From Macrostomum lignano (Eukaryota), in assembly GCA_002269645.1 (NCBI GenBank), contig NIVC01000131.1, positions 62,001 through 126,000 of the forward strand: a stretch of 64,000 bases of DNA. The letters are read 5' to 3'. Position numbers and translations under genes: made by a program. Below the pieces are notes generated by a model that was not told where the DNA came from, made no database searches, and worked only from the letters and a program-made list of their open reading frames with translations. This document shows, in pieces, positions 1-11,159 of the stretch; the stretch's first letter is position 1; each line of letters opens with the position of its first letter.

Positions 1-745
1 TTTGAGAGAGAGGCGCCATTTCATTTAAGATAGGCGCCATTTCATTTGAGAGAGGCGCCATTTCGTTTAAGATAGGCGCCATTTGATTTGAGAGAGGCGC
101 CATTTCATTTAAGAAAGGCGCTATTTCATTTGAGAAAGAGGCGCCATTTTATCTGAGAGAGAGGCGCCATTCAATTTGAGAGAGAGGCGCCATTTCATTT
201 GAGAGAGAGGCGCCTTATCATTTGTGAGAGAGAGGCGCCATATCATTTGAGAGAGAGGCGCCATTTTATTTGAGAGAGAGGCGCTATTTAATTTGAGAGA
301 GAGGTGCCATTTCATTTGAGAGAGAGGCGCCATATCATTTGAGAGAGAGGCGCCATTTCATTTGAGAGAGAGGCGCCATTTTATTTGAGAGAGAGAGGCG
401 CTATTTTTATTTGAGAGAGAGAGGCGCTATTTTTATTTGAGAGAGAGAGGCGCCATTTCATTTGAGAGAGAGGTGCCATTCAATTTGAGAGAGAGAGGCG
501 CCATTTCATTTGAGAGAGAGAGGCGCCATATCATTTGAGAGAGAGGCGCCATTTCATTTGAGAGAGAGAGGCGCCATTTCATTTGAGAGAGAGGCGCCAT
601 ATCATTTGAGAGAGAGGCGCTATTTCATTTGAGAGAGAGGCGCTATTTCATTTGAGAGAGAGGCGCCATATCATTTGAGAGAGAGGCGCTATTTCATTTG
701 ATAGAGAGAGGCGCCATTTCGTTTGAGAGAGAGGCGCCATTTCAT
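1..745. repeat. Minisatellite, ~21-23 bp unit (GA)3-5 GGCGCCATTTCATTT, in the PLA2 intron; runs off the left edge
   Basis: More than 30 tandem variant copies seen directly; the 121..333 ORF is a repeat artefact. Confidence 0.97.
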
Positions 746-879
746 TGTTTGAACCAAGGTGAAATCACTTTCACATTATCATGTTGAGCTTCGAGCATTG
801 CAGTAGATATTAATTTCAGTAGTATCAAAGCGCATAAATATCAAATCTTGGACGAGAACGCTCCCCAGCCCGCACTCAC

Positions 880-1091
880 GCATCCAGATTGTCCACCGGC
901 ACGCCCGCGCCGCCGGGGCCGCAGTAGTTGCCGTAGCCGATGTACGCGGCATAGTGATGGCCGGTGGTGGCGGAGATCATGTGACCCAGCTGGTCGATGC
1001 GCCTGCGCTGCCTGTTGAGCAGCTGGGCGGCATCAACGAATAGCAGCTGAGCCGACAATGCAAGCAGCAGCAAAGCGAATATCAACTTCAT
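880..1091 (-). CDS. Secreted phospholipase A2 (group I/II/V/X-like fold), first coding exon; the rest lies left of the window
   Basis: Signal peptide MKLIFALLLLALSAQLLFVDA, propeptide ending RQRRR, mature start IDQLGHMI (compare NLxQFxxMI), Ca-loop YGNYCGPGGAG, then PVDNLD. Donor GC|GTGAGT at 880/879 falls just before the expected CCxxHD exon. Confidence 0.85.
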
Positions 1092-1934
1092 TCTGCCTCG
1101 ATCCTGGCGTGCTAGCTAGAAATCAAATTAACAAAGGTGCAGCTGGCTTCCCGAAGTATTAAAAGTTTGATTCCGACACGTCCTAGTTGAACATTCCCTA
1201 GCTTTTATATCGATCCGAACTGAGTGCAGTCTGCTGGGAGATTCGCCTTATGGTCCTACAGGCTCAAAAGATAGGTCACGCACCTTAGGTGTTTGCGAAT
1301 TTTTTGCCACTTCTTCGTTGAAATTTTAGTTGTTTCTTTATATTCGACCATGCGGAGAACTGGCCCGGCACTACAGATACGATTGAGAATGCGGTGAATT
1401 AAAATGATTCAGCAAAATTGAAGGCAAATGCTTATTGACCTTTTGCACGAGTGCGAACGTGTATTATATATAGCTACATGTGATTCCTTGAATTAATTTA
1501 CTTGTACGAGTATAAATGTAAGCTAAATAAATGGTATGGGTTGTGCATTTTCAAGGCATTTTGGAGGCGCAAATAGACATTTGCGTATTCATACATGATG
1601 TGTAGAGATTATTTTTGTATTCCCAGCTTCAAATTTTGTGTCACATCTTTAATTTTTTCTGCTGGGGAAAGAGGTTGATTGGAAATTTCCGTCACGCATA
1701 TGTTCATTTGGTCTCTCTGCCTGCTTTCAGGAGTGCAACCGCACTGGCGTGAGCGAATATTTCTCTTTTATTTCTAGCGCTCGTAACATTTAGCTGATGC
1801 TTCAAACAGACAGGCCCTCAAATATTTTTGCAATATTTAAGAAGACTGTTACGTCCTGATACAACGGTAACTTCTAGTGGTCCTTGCCTGGGTGAAGCTG
1901 GACAGATAGGCAGACTTGGCGATCGGTAATTCTT

Positions 1935-2679
1935 CAGAAATTCTTCACCAGGCGGCCATCAGCCGGCAAAGGCGCATTGAAGTCACCGACAACGAAAACA
2001 AGATATCGCGGGATGGAATTAGATCCAGCAGGTGACCAGGGTATCGTAGAGGACCTCAGTCTCTGCGGGATTCTTGCTGGTGCAAGGGGCTATCGGGGCA
2101 TACACGCAGACAACATGCAGGCGCGCCTGTCCTTCAGGGCAAAAGCCGCTTGACCAAGGCGCTTAAGAGGGGAAACCGGCCGGATGTCCAGCAGGGCTTT
2201 GCATTGGAAGCGGCGGGCGAGGGCAGGAAGCCAACACCCCCCGAAGCCAATTCAAGGCCGCCACCGAGGCCCAGGCCTGCGCTTTCGTCCGTGCTCCTGC
2301 AATGCTCTTGGACAGCCAGAACTGAGATGCCCAGCAGTCGGCCGCCAACCGGGTCAGCTCCAGCTGCAGCCTACAGCGGGTGACTGATCAGGGTGCGCGG
2401 GTGTTAAAAGTTGGCGAGCCGAATCTGGGCCAAAAGTGTTGGTTGGTCGGCTCGTCTCTGCGTCTGTTTTGCTTGCGCGTGCATTGCGGCGGGTTGCCGG
2501 TTGGGGTGGAGGTGCTGGCACTCGGGGCTCCGGTGCGGAGCTCCTAGCGCCAAAAATTAAAGCGCTGCCGGCGGCGCGCAGAGTCCAGCTCACTTCGGCG
2601 TCCACTGTGGGTCTCCAGCTCAGTTGCCGCCCCGACAGTCACGAAAGTGACGGCGACACCGTTTTGTCACCTGGCCCAC
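1935..2679 (-). mobile_element. Degraded inverted fragment of the same RTE family (5' region plus AP endonuclease)
   Basis: The reverse complement aligns by eye with 3195-3905 (e.g. GACTTCAATGCGCC..GATGGCCGCCTGGTGAAGAA; GGGCCAGGTG..CGGTGT.GCCG..GCGGCAACT.AGCTGG) with many indels; truncated at the MITE. Confidence 0.85.
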
Positions 2680-2948
2680 GAGAATTGCCAGCAAACAAAT
2701 TTTTCCCGCCGAGATGTGCCCGCCGAGGTTTGCCTACAATGCTTAGAATTCAATTAGGGAGATTTACCCGATCAAAACCTAGTTCGATGGTATAACTGCT
2801 TAAGAATACTAAAGCATTGGGAGGCAACGCAGACAAAATCTGCCGCGTGGCTAAATACGTTGCAGGAAAAAAAGCATTGTGGGCAAAGTTCTGCGGGCAA
2901 TTCACTCGCGGGCAAAACGAACGTGGCAAATCTCGGCGGGCAATTCTC
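2680..2948. mobile_element. MITE-like element, ~270 bp
   Basis: Terminal inverted repeat GAGAATTGCC (2680-2689) / GGCAATTCTC (2939-2948); subterminal CCCGCCGAGAT / ATCTCGGCGGG; no coding capacity; no clear TSD. Confidence 0.6.
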
Positions 2949-3104
2949 ATGTAGGCTTTTTACATTACCAATTCCAGAACCAGAATCGGTTCGGATCTTC
3001 CAATAAAAAAGTAGTATTAATATATTTAATTTTGTTGAATGTTTGACTGCCTTAACAGCCTCACTTGCATAATTTTAGAGACCGTGAAGACGGTAGAGAA
3101 GAGA

Positions 3105-3148
3105 CCATAAAGACGGTCTCTTACTGCGAAGACTCAATTCATTGCATG
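3105..3148 (+). other. Spliced-leader (SL) exon relic at the 5' end of the RTE insertion
   Basis: CCATAAAGACGGTCTCTTACTGCGAAGACTCAATTCATTGCATG differs at 2 of 44 positions from the M. lignano SL as I recall it (not verified). It ends in ATG like flatworm SLs and is not followed by GT. A partial second copy CCGTGAAGACGGT lies at 3082-3094. Confidence 0.75.
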
Positions 3149-3182
3149 TTACTCTGAGCAATTGTAAATTAGAGCCGCCCAC

Positions 3183-3253
3183 CTCCGGCCGTTCCTGCGG
3201 GCCAGGTGCCAACGGTGTTGCCGCCCTCGGGCTGTGCGGCAACTAAGCTGGCG
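3183..3253 (+). ncRNA. Candidate HDV-like ribozyme remnant in the RTE 5' UTR (incomplete)
   Basis: P2-like CTCCGGC/GCTGG(c/a)G, P3-like CCG-TTCCTG-CGG, P4-like TTGCCGC/GCGGCAA, J4/2-like CTAA; no P1 5' partner found. Confidence 0.3.
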
Positions 3254-6200
3254 ACTCACCGACTGCTTCTGAGCGCCGCAAACAGCGCTTCAATGCTCGG
3301 CGCAAGGAGCTTCGTGCTGCTGCCCGCCGCCGCCGCCCCCACCCGGACTCGCAGCCTGCCCAGCCGGAGCCGAGAGGGCCAGACATCCATCCAAGTCTGA
3401 CCCCCCGCACTGCACATGCTCGCGACGAAGAGGTCCCCAGGTGCCAGGCCAACCCATCTGCCTGCCAAGCTGCGGCTGCAGGAGCTAGCTCGCCTGGCCT
3501 CCGACCTGCAGATCTCCATCCTGGCAGTTCAGGAGCACAGCAGGGCCACTGACGAGAGCGCCGATCTGGGCCTCGGATGGCGGTTCAAAGCTGCGCCCGC
3601 CTCGCTCCGTGGAACAGGAGGCATTGGCTTTTTACTCTCGCCAGCAGCACCCAGAGCCCTGCTGAACATCAGCTTCCTGACAAACCGACTCGGCCACGTG
3701 ACTTTCTCCGTAGGCAACCGACGGTTGCACGTCGCCTGCATCTACGCCCCCACTGCCCCCAGGACCAGCGAGGACCCCGCCGAGACTGAAGACCTGTACG
3801 ACAGGCTTGGCCACCTCCTGGACTCAATCCCGGCTCGCGACCTTATATTTGTGGCTGGAGACTTCAATGCGCCCCTGCCCCCTGATGGCCGCCTGGTGAA
3901 GAACAACTGGGGCGTGCCCAACGCCAACTCCGCCCTCCTGGAGACCTTCATCCAGTCTAGGAACCTCGTCGGAGTGAATGGCTCTTTACGGCAGCGGCTC
4001 GCGAAGCTCCGGTGCGGAGCTTCCTGACTTTCTTCGGCCCAAACGGCAGAACGACAAGGCTGGACTGGATCCTCTGCCTTTTCCCAATGCGTTCTAGGGT
4101 GTGCAGAGTGATCAACATCCGCCCCAGATGCGTCGCTTCCGACCACAGCTTGGTTGCCTGAGAACTGAACCTCTCTTGGACGCGATTCAGACGCCCCCCG
4201 CCGAAGCCTCTCTGGGCAGACCTGAGGAACCCAGAGACTCGCACTGCCTTCCTGACCGAGCTCTCCAACGCGAGACCCGCAATCACTGAGACAGCTGAGG
4301 CCTTTGCGAGTGCCGTCGGGTCGGCAGCGTCAGTTCTGCCTAGACAAATAGGACACCAGCCAAGAGCACTTTGGGACTGCGACCCCGTGATCGCCACTGC
4401 CAGACGCTCTGCACAGAGCGCCGCTGCGCGTTACGGCGAAGACAGCGACCAGGCTAGACTTGCCAGAGACAACCTGCAGGTGACGTACGCCCAACGAACT
4501 GAAGTGTTTATTGAGGAGGTGGTCCAAGAAATCAAGACCGCCAACGACAACTGCCGGCACATCGCTGCCTGGCGAGCGATCAACCGCCTCACAGGACCTC
4601 GTCCGACCAAAATCGTTGGCGCTGAGTCCACCGAGCAAAGAAAGAGCCTGCTTGTCGACCACTACCGGCAAGTTTTAAATGCCCCCTCCCCGACGTCTCC
4701 CCTTCTCCCCACCGCCGGCTTCACCCCAGCCCAGCATGGCGACTTCTACACCGGCTCGATCACCGCCGCGAAAGTTACCAAGGCGCTGAAGAGCATGCGC
4801 GCTGACGCTGCCTCTGGAGTCGACCGAGTGCCTCCCAGGGTTCTGAAGTTGCCAGAGCTCACAGACAGCATTACTAGCATCCTGAACAAGTACTGCTGTC
4901 TCGGCGGCGACCCAGCTGCCACGGCCGCTCCCCTCTGGCGTACTTCAAGAATTGTCTCCATCCCGAAGAAGGGCGCCTCCACGAGCCTTGAGAACCAACG
5001 CGGCATCGCACTGGAGTGCACGCTGCCGAAGCTGCTGAACGCAGTGTTGCGCAATCGGCTCCTTCCTGTCCTGAACTCGCTGCCGCTCGAGCTCCAAAGC
5101 GGCTTCAGGCCAGGCAGATCCACCACGGAGCAGATTGTGCCATTCAGTGCATTGTCGAAACCTGCAAGACTCGTCTTCGAGCCGTGTCTATCGTCTTCGT
5201 TGACTTCCGGAAGGCCTTCGACTCTGTCAGCAGGGCGGCTTTAGCCTGGCTCCTGGCTCAGTACGGCGTCCCCGACACCCTGGTGACGGCAGTTATGGAC
5301 CTGTACCACAACTCCAAGGCGTTCGTTGACTCCAGAGATGGCCCAACCGGACGAGTTTGATACCACTTCCGGGGTGCTGCAAGGGGACACGCTATCCCCC
5401 CTGCTTTTTATTCTGGCTGTTGACTACATCCTGCGCCGCTGCCTTCGAGACGACGACAGCTTTGTCCTCGCGCCTCAGCGTAGCTCCCGCCACACTGCCG
5501 TGACGCTCCCAGCCCTCGCCTACGCTGATGACATCGCGCTGCTGTGCCGAGACACTGTAGCAGCTCAGCACGCTCTTACTCGACTCTCCGAGGAAGGCGC
5601 TCGGATCGGCCTGCAGATTAACGCAGGCAAGACGGAGGTGCTGCACGTGGGTGCTGACAATGCCCCACCGCTGACCCTGCCCAACGGCGAGGCCATCTCA
5701 ACGTGCAGCGACTTCCGCTACCTAGGCACCCTCGTGATGAGCCCAGAGGCGATAATCGCGGACAGGAGGACCCAGGCCTGGCGCGCCATGCACCACCTCA
5801 GGCCGATCTTCACCTCCGGAGCGTGGGACGACCTGAAGATCCACCTGTTCCGCGCCTGTAGAGCCGATCCCCTTCTCTACGGCATGGAGGCTGTCCCAAT
5901 GACAACCACGCGCAAACGGGCCCTGGACGCAATGCACCGCAACCTGCTGCTGGGACACTGCCTGCGGCGGTTCGCCCGCGGCGACGACAACCCGCTCAGA
6001 CTGGCCGTTCTGCACCCGCCGACCGAACTGTTCCGTCGCGGCCAAGGGCGGACCCAGACGCTCCGGGACCTGACACCTGTTGCCGACCTGGAGGCAATTG
6101 GACTGACTCCCCAGACTGCTGCGACCTGCCCTGCCCCTCTTTTTCGCAATCGTGTGCGCCCCCCCCCCGACCCTAGCGTCGTTGTAATGTAATGTAATGT

Positions 6201-9200
6201 AATTGCATAATTTTAAACTCTCTTCTAATTCTTCTTGCCATTCAATAACTAGCTCGTATAACTTATAGCAAGAATATCCCTTTAGTTTAGGCGACAAAAA
6301 GTAATACTTTACAAATTTGATCTGGTTCCAGAACAAGAACAAGCAATATGAAAAGGCTCATATGGACCCTGCCTGAGGTCCGGGCTCAGGAGCGACAAAC
6401 CTGGACATCGCTACTGGGCGTGAGAGTTATAGCTAACATGCAATAAATTGAGTCTTCTCAGTAAGAAATTTTTTTAGCTACGGTAGTTTATCTCAAATCA
6501 ATCAATAAGAATAACAAAGGTTGTTTGTTTAGTTTTACTGCTCCACGTAGAACATGCATTTTGAACTAATTTCTTGCATTTTAGTTTGATTACGGACATC
6601 CAGTCAATCATCATCATCTAGTTCAACAATATGAGCATTTACGCGGCTCGTAGTTAGAGTTGGATTGACGGGATTAAAGCTAGTAACAGAATAAGTGATA
6701 AGGACCCTCTTCAATCCTATCCTAGCCAATCCTAGCAAAACTTTGCGAGGCATTACAATTTTTACAAGCTGTGATAAAAAATTCGTGGATAAACTTACTT
6801 AGCTTAAACACCTTGCTTACTTACGTCAAGACAGTAGTTAAGGCCTAAGAAAATTTTTTCGAGCTTAATAGCAAAGTAAAGAAAACTAAAACCTAAAAAC
6901 TAGGGCATAAAGCCCCATTTTAACTGGTTCTTTGATTTGAAACTTGTCAGGATTTTAAAATCATAACATTTTAATCTACTCTACTATACTAGGTATATTT
7001 ACTCTTTTATTCTAGAATCTATTCTAGGTTTTTTATTTATTAAATCTTTTTCAAATGTAATGGAATAGTAGAAATGTTTATTTTCAACTTAACCTTTTAA
7101 ACATTGTGTTTTTCACAGTAACAGTATGAATGGTTTTTATTTTGAATGTAGAGGCCTACATTTTAGGCCCTATCTTTTTTATATTTGCTATGCTATGTTG
7201 AACATTGCCCTATATTGCACACTATAGTCTATATCATCAATCATCTGTATTATATATGGGTAGGCCCCTAGCCAGGATAGAATTTGGTTATCTTCAAGTT
7301 TCGTTCGTTTAATTCCAACACCCACCCCCACCACCCTTGAATAGAGGGCGAAAATAATTCCGGAAATAATTAAACGAACGAAACTTGAAGATTGCCTAGA
7401 ATTCTTGCTTGGGAGTAGGAAAATGCGCGCGCACATTTTTGGAGCAGTGCGCAAGTGCATGCCAGTTGTAAAAATAAGTAATAATGCAGATCATGGCCCA
7501 TGTGCTAAAAAAATGAAATTTCTAGTTTTTCAATTCTATGCCAACATAAATTAAAAAGTTTTACTTTAAGTATAAAAAAGCTTGAGCACTACATGTTTTA
7601 GAGAAAATATTCTTTAAAAATTATAAGAGTTTCACTAAACTCTAAAGTAACTGTTTTTGCTAAAAACTATTATTCTTTGTTTTACTTTTGTTTTGAAATT
7701 TTCTGGCATAAAAACAACCTTTGGGACTATGAAAAGTAGGAGAACTTGAGTACGCATATACCACATGGCATATAACCATGTTGAATGCATGTAAAAGTCA
7801 AATCCTATCTATGATTCTGCAGTAAACAGCTTCTTCCTGCGCAAGCGCATACAATGAAGTGCGCACACACCTTCTTTAAAAGTGCACAAGTAGGCTCTTT
7901 TTCAGTGTGCACAAATTTGACAAGCGTGCATAAACACTTAATAACTTTTATACAAGAATTCGATCCTGGATAGGCAACAAGAGCTTGTAGCACTAGAGGC
8001 ATGTGTCTCCCCCCCTAGATAATGAGTCCATTTAGCATATATAATGCATTGTGCCCCTTGAATTTTTAGTGATATTTTTAGTGCTTTAGTATTTTATTTA
8101 TAATAACTAATGTCTATTATTTTTAGTGCTTTTTTATTTTAGGCTATAAGTAATAATATAATAAACAATAGTCAAGATTATAGATAGGCCTAGCATGCTT
8201 ATACTAGAATAAATCTTATTAAAAAAAGTTTGCTTGCATTGTATATTACAACTTTTTGAAAAAATGCAAAAATTAGTAATTTTCCATTTGAAAAATATCA
8301 ATAAAACTTGTATTTAAATCTGTTTCATAGAAAATGCAATGTTACATTGTGCCACTTTTTGTCTTGCACTATACTGTGGCAAATTTTTCTTCCTTGTTTG
8401 CTGTTGCACCAGAATGCACTAGTGTAGGACATTTCTGACCCCCTTTTGTGCTAGAATTTTATGTGAAAAAAGGCCATTTTCTTGACTATGTAAATATCAA
8501 TGCTCCATGCTTAATGCTCCCCACCCCTAAAATATTAGGCTCTGCTCTCCTAGTGCTATATATATAATGTACCAAGCCAAGATATTGGCCTGAGAAGGGT
8601 TCTATATGCTATCATTTTCTGGCTAAAAGACAAGATCCCAAGTGTAACATTATGGCACCTAGTAAAATATAGAATCCATAGCAGAATTAGAATAGAATAG
8701 CATAGTAAAATGCAAAATCCATTCCAAAAAGATAGGTGTAGCATAAAACTTAGAACAACATCATGCCCTTTTCTTGCAAAAAAAGGCAATTCATAAGTAA
8801 CATTGTATCTCAAAAATGAATTTTTAAGATTTTAAAGATTTTTTCTAAGGTTTTTTCCAAGAAAAAGCCTTGGAAAATGAATTTGAGAAAACATAATACT
8901 TTGCTAAAATGTTCCATAGCCATCTAATTTTAATAGCAAAATAGTTTTTTTGGGGTTCAACAATAGGCCTATTACATTTTTGAGATTTTCAAGTTTTCAA
9001 AAAAGTTGAAATCCATTTTTTCAAGATATTAAGATTCAACATTAAGCTTAATTGGGATCTAATATGCCTATTAACTATTATTATATTAGTTATTTTTTAA
9101 TGTATACAATGACAATAATAAAAGTTTAAACAAAGATTATTTAGTATTGAACTAGTTATTATCATAGTCATAGATATTCATACAGTTATAAACCTTGACT

Positions 9201-10358
9201 TTTTGTCAAGATCTTGAAACTAACTAAAATCAAGATTAAAATCTCATCTAATCTAACCATATTAGTTTATAAACGCTTTTAGAATCCTTATCCATAATCA
9301 TTTATATATGATCATTATTACTATATTAAGGATTTCAGACTAAGTGTCCCTTGACTTGCCAATTTCTATGCATAAGGCAAATTCAAAAAAAATTTGTTAT
9401 ATGAGTAACCTTGCAATGGACTTATGTAAATAAAAAATAGATTACTACTTTATTCTTTTGGTGTGTAGTACTATATATTTTTAAATGTAAAAAATGTATA
9501 AATATATATATAGTTTTCATTGCAACAATGACAAAATATGTCATCTTTTTCATAGCAAACTTATTATAAAACTGAAATTTACAAAAAGAGACTTGTTATT
9601 TAAGAAACAACAAAAATAATAAGTTCTAACATATAGTGATGACAAAATATAAAGCCAATATAATAACATTTCTTAATTCCTAACTAACCTTTTATATCGA
9701 TATACCCCCTGAAATTCAATAAGTCTTATTGTTTTTTCCTTTTCAATGGGTTAGTTTTGTTGCCTCCAATTAAGAAACAACATTTAATACTACTACAAAA
9801 GGAAAAAGAAATTAAAGACATAAGGCTATAATAGAAAATGGTATAAAAATAATTTCTATAGTCCCTTATGCTTTTTGGTCTTAGGCTAACTTTTAATTAA
9901 AATAATAAATAAATAATTAAAATATCATTAAGACTGTTTAAAAACTTTGTCACATTTGCTAAGAAAAAATCAATATAATCATTTAAATAATTTAGCTATG
10001 GCCTGATAGCATAGAAGTTTTTTAATACAGTTGTAGATGTATTTAATATCATCTTTATGTTCAATTAAAACTATTTTATTTTGAGTATTAAAGTCAAACA
10101 GGCTATATACTGGACTTGCATAAAAACATTATATAAATCCACCTTTGTCCAATATATTAACATAATACTTGTCATGCTTCTATATAATCCTAGTGACCAG
10201 CAGAATAATTCAGATATTTGAAAAGAATCTGGAAAGAAATTTTCAAAATTGTAAAACGTTGCATATTTTATTTTATCAAGCTGAACTTGCTACTTATAGT
10301 AGGCATTATCAGATTAAAAAATCGCCAAATTCCATTAATCAAAGCTTGCAGAGCAGCC

Positions 10359-10751
10359 ATGGTTTGCGTGTCAGTGCTGGCGGATGCCCTTAACCGGATT
10401 GTGCACGCCGAGAAGAAAGGCAAGCGGCAGGTGCTGCTGCGGCCCTCCTCCAAGGTCATCATCCGCTTCCTGCAGGTGATGCAGCGGAAAAACTACATCG
10501 GCGACTTTGAGGTCATCGACGATCACCGATCCGGCAAGATTGTTGTCGAGCTCAACGGCCGTCTAAACAAGTGCAGCGTGGTCTCGCCCAGGTACGACAT
10601 TCACCTGAAGGACCTGGAGAAGTGGACATCCGCTATTCTGCCGTCGCGTCAGTTCGGCTTCATCGTGCTCACCACCTCCGGCGGCATCATGGACCACGAG
10701 GAGGCCAGGCGGAAGCACCTTGGCGGCAAGATTCTCGGCTATTTCTTCTGA
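10359..10751 (+). CDS. RPS15A: 40S ribosomal protein S15a (uS8), 130 aa, intronless CDS
   Basis: [78 protein letters not shown]. The true ATG is 10359 (the track ORF extension is AT-rich UTR/intron); AATAAA downstream at about 10871 and 10917. Confidence 0.97.
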   Translation: MVCVSVLADALNRIVHAEKKGKRQVLLRPSSKVIIRFLQVMQRKNYIGDFEVIDDHRSGKIVVELNGRLNKCSVVSPRYDIHLKDLEKWTSAILPSRQFGFIVLTTSGGIMDHEEARRKHLGGKILGYFF

Positions 10752-11159
10752 GAACCTCCCTGAGATGCTTCAAGAATACTGATGATGATGATGATGGGTC
10801 GGCCAGGGACTCTTTGTATCGATCTGGCGCTGTTGCTCGAACGCTTGAAGATTGTTGTTGGCGTTTAGAAAATAAAAAGTACCACCGCGTGTCCCGCCTT
10901 TGACTGGAGAAGCTTGGAATAAAAAAATTAAATTTTCTTTTGACGTTGTTTACCAGTTTGGTTTTCTTTATTTAACAGAACGCTGCTTTGACATGCAAGC
11001 AATTTTTTTTAATAAAGATCCCCTTCTAGAAAATTTTGAGGGCCATGCTGCGCTTTGACCTTGAAACTTCTGGTGGCTAGCAAGCCCTCAAGTTTCGCAA
11101 CCAAATCGTTAGAAAAATTCCCGCTTGAGGCCTGTCAAAATTCGCTACCATTCCCACCG

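Larger units (their letters stand above)
3078..6202 (+). mobile_element. RTE-clade non-LTR retrotransposon (APE endonuclease + RT), frameshifted and non-autonomous
   Basis: APE motifs QEH, YAPT, GDFNA, SDH; RT motifs QSGFRPGRST, FVDFRKAFDSV, GVLQGDTLSPLLF, YADD; ORF broken at about 4010, 5140 and 5340; (TGTAA)4 tail at 6183-6202; 13-bp TSD TTGCATAATTTTA at 3065-3077 and 6203-6215. Confidence 0.95.

Noticed and set aside
3078-3134. Cluster of BsaI/BbsI sites suggesting a synthetic cloning scar
   Set aside because: Explained by the SL-like sequence and its partial duplicate inside natural TSDs.
3105-3200. Functional SL RNA gene
   Set aside because: No GT donor after the ATG, no evident Sm site or tandem array, and it lies inside a TSD-bounded insertion.
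6216-10200. Hidden genes in long AT-rich stretches (also 34600-38200 and 53850-56650)
   Set aside because: Only short, low-complexity ORFs with no recognisable motifs.
10218-10358. 47-aa N-terminal extension of RPS15A in the ORF track
   Set aside because: Starts at TTG, is AT-rich and non-homologous; an acceptor-like TTGCAG precedes the real ATG.
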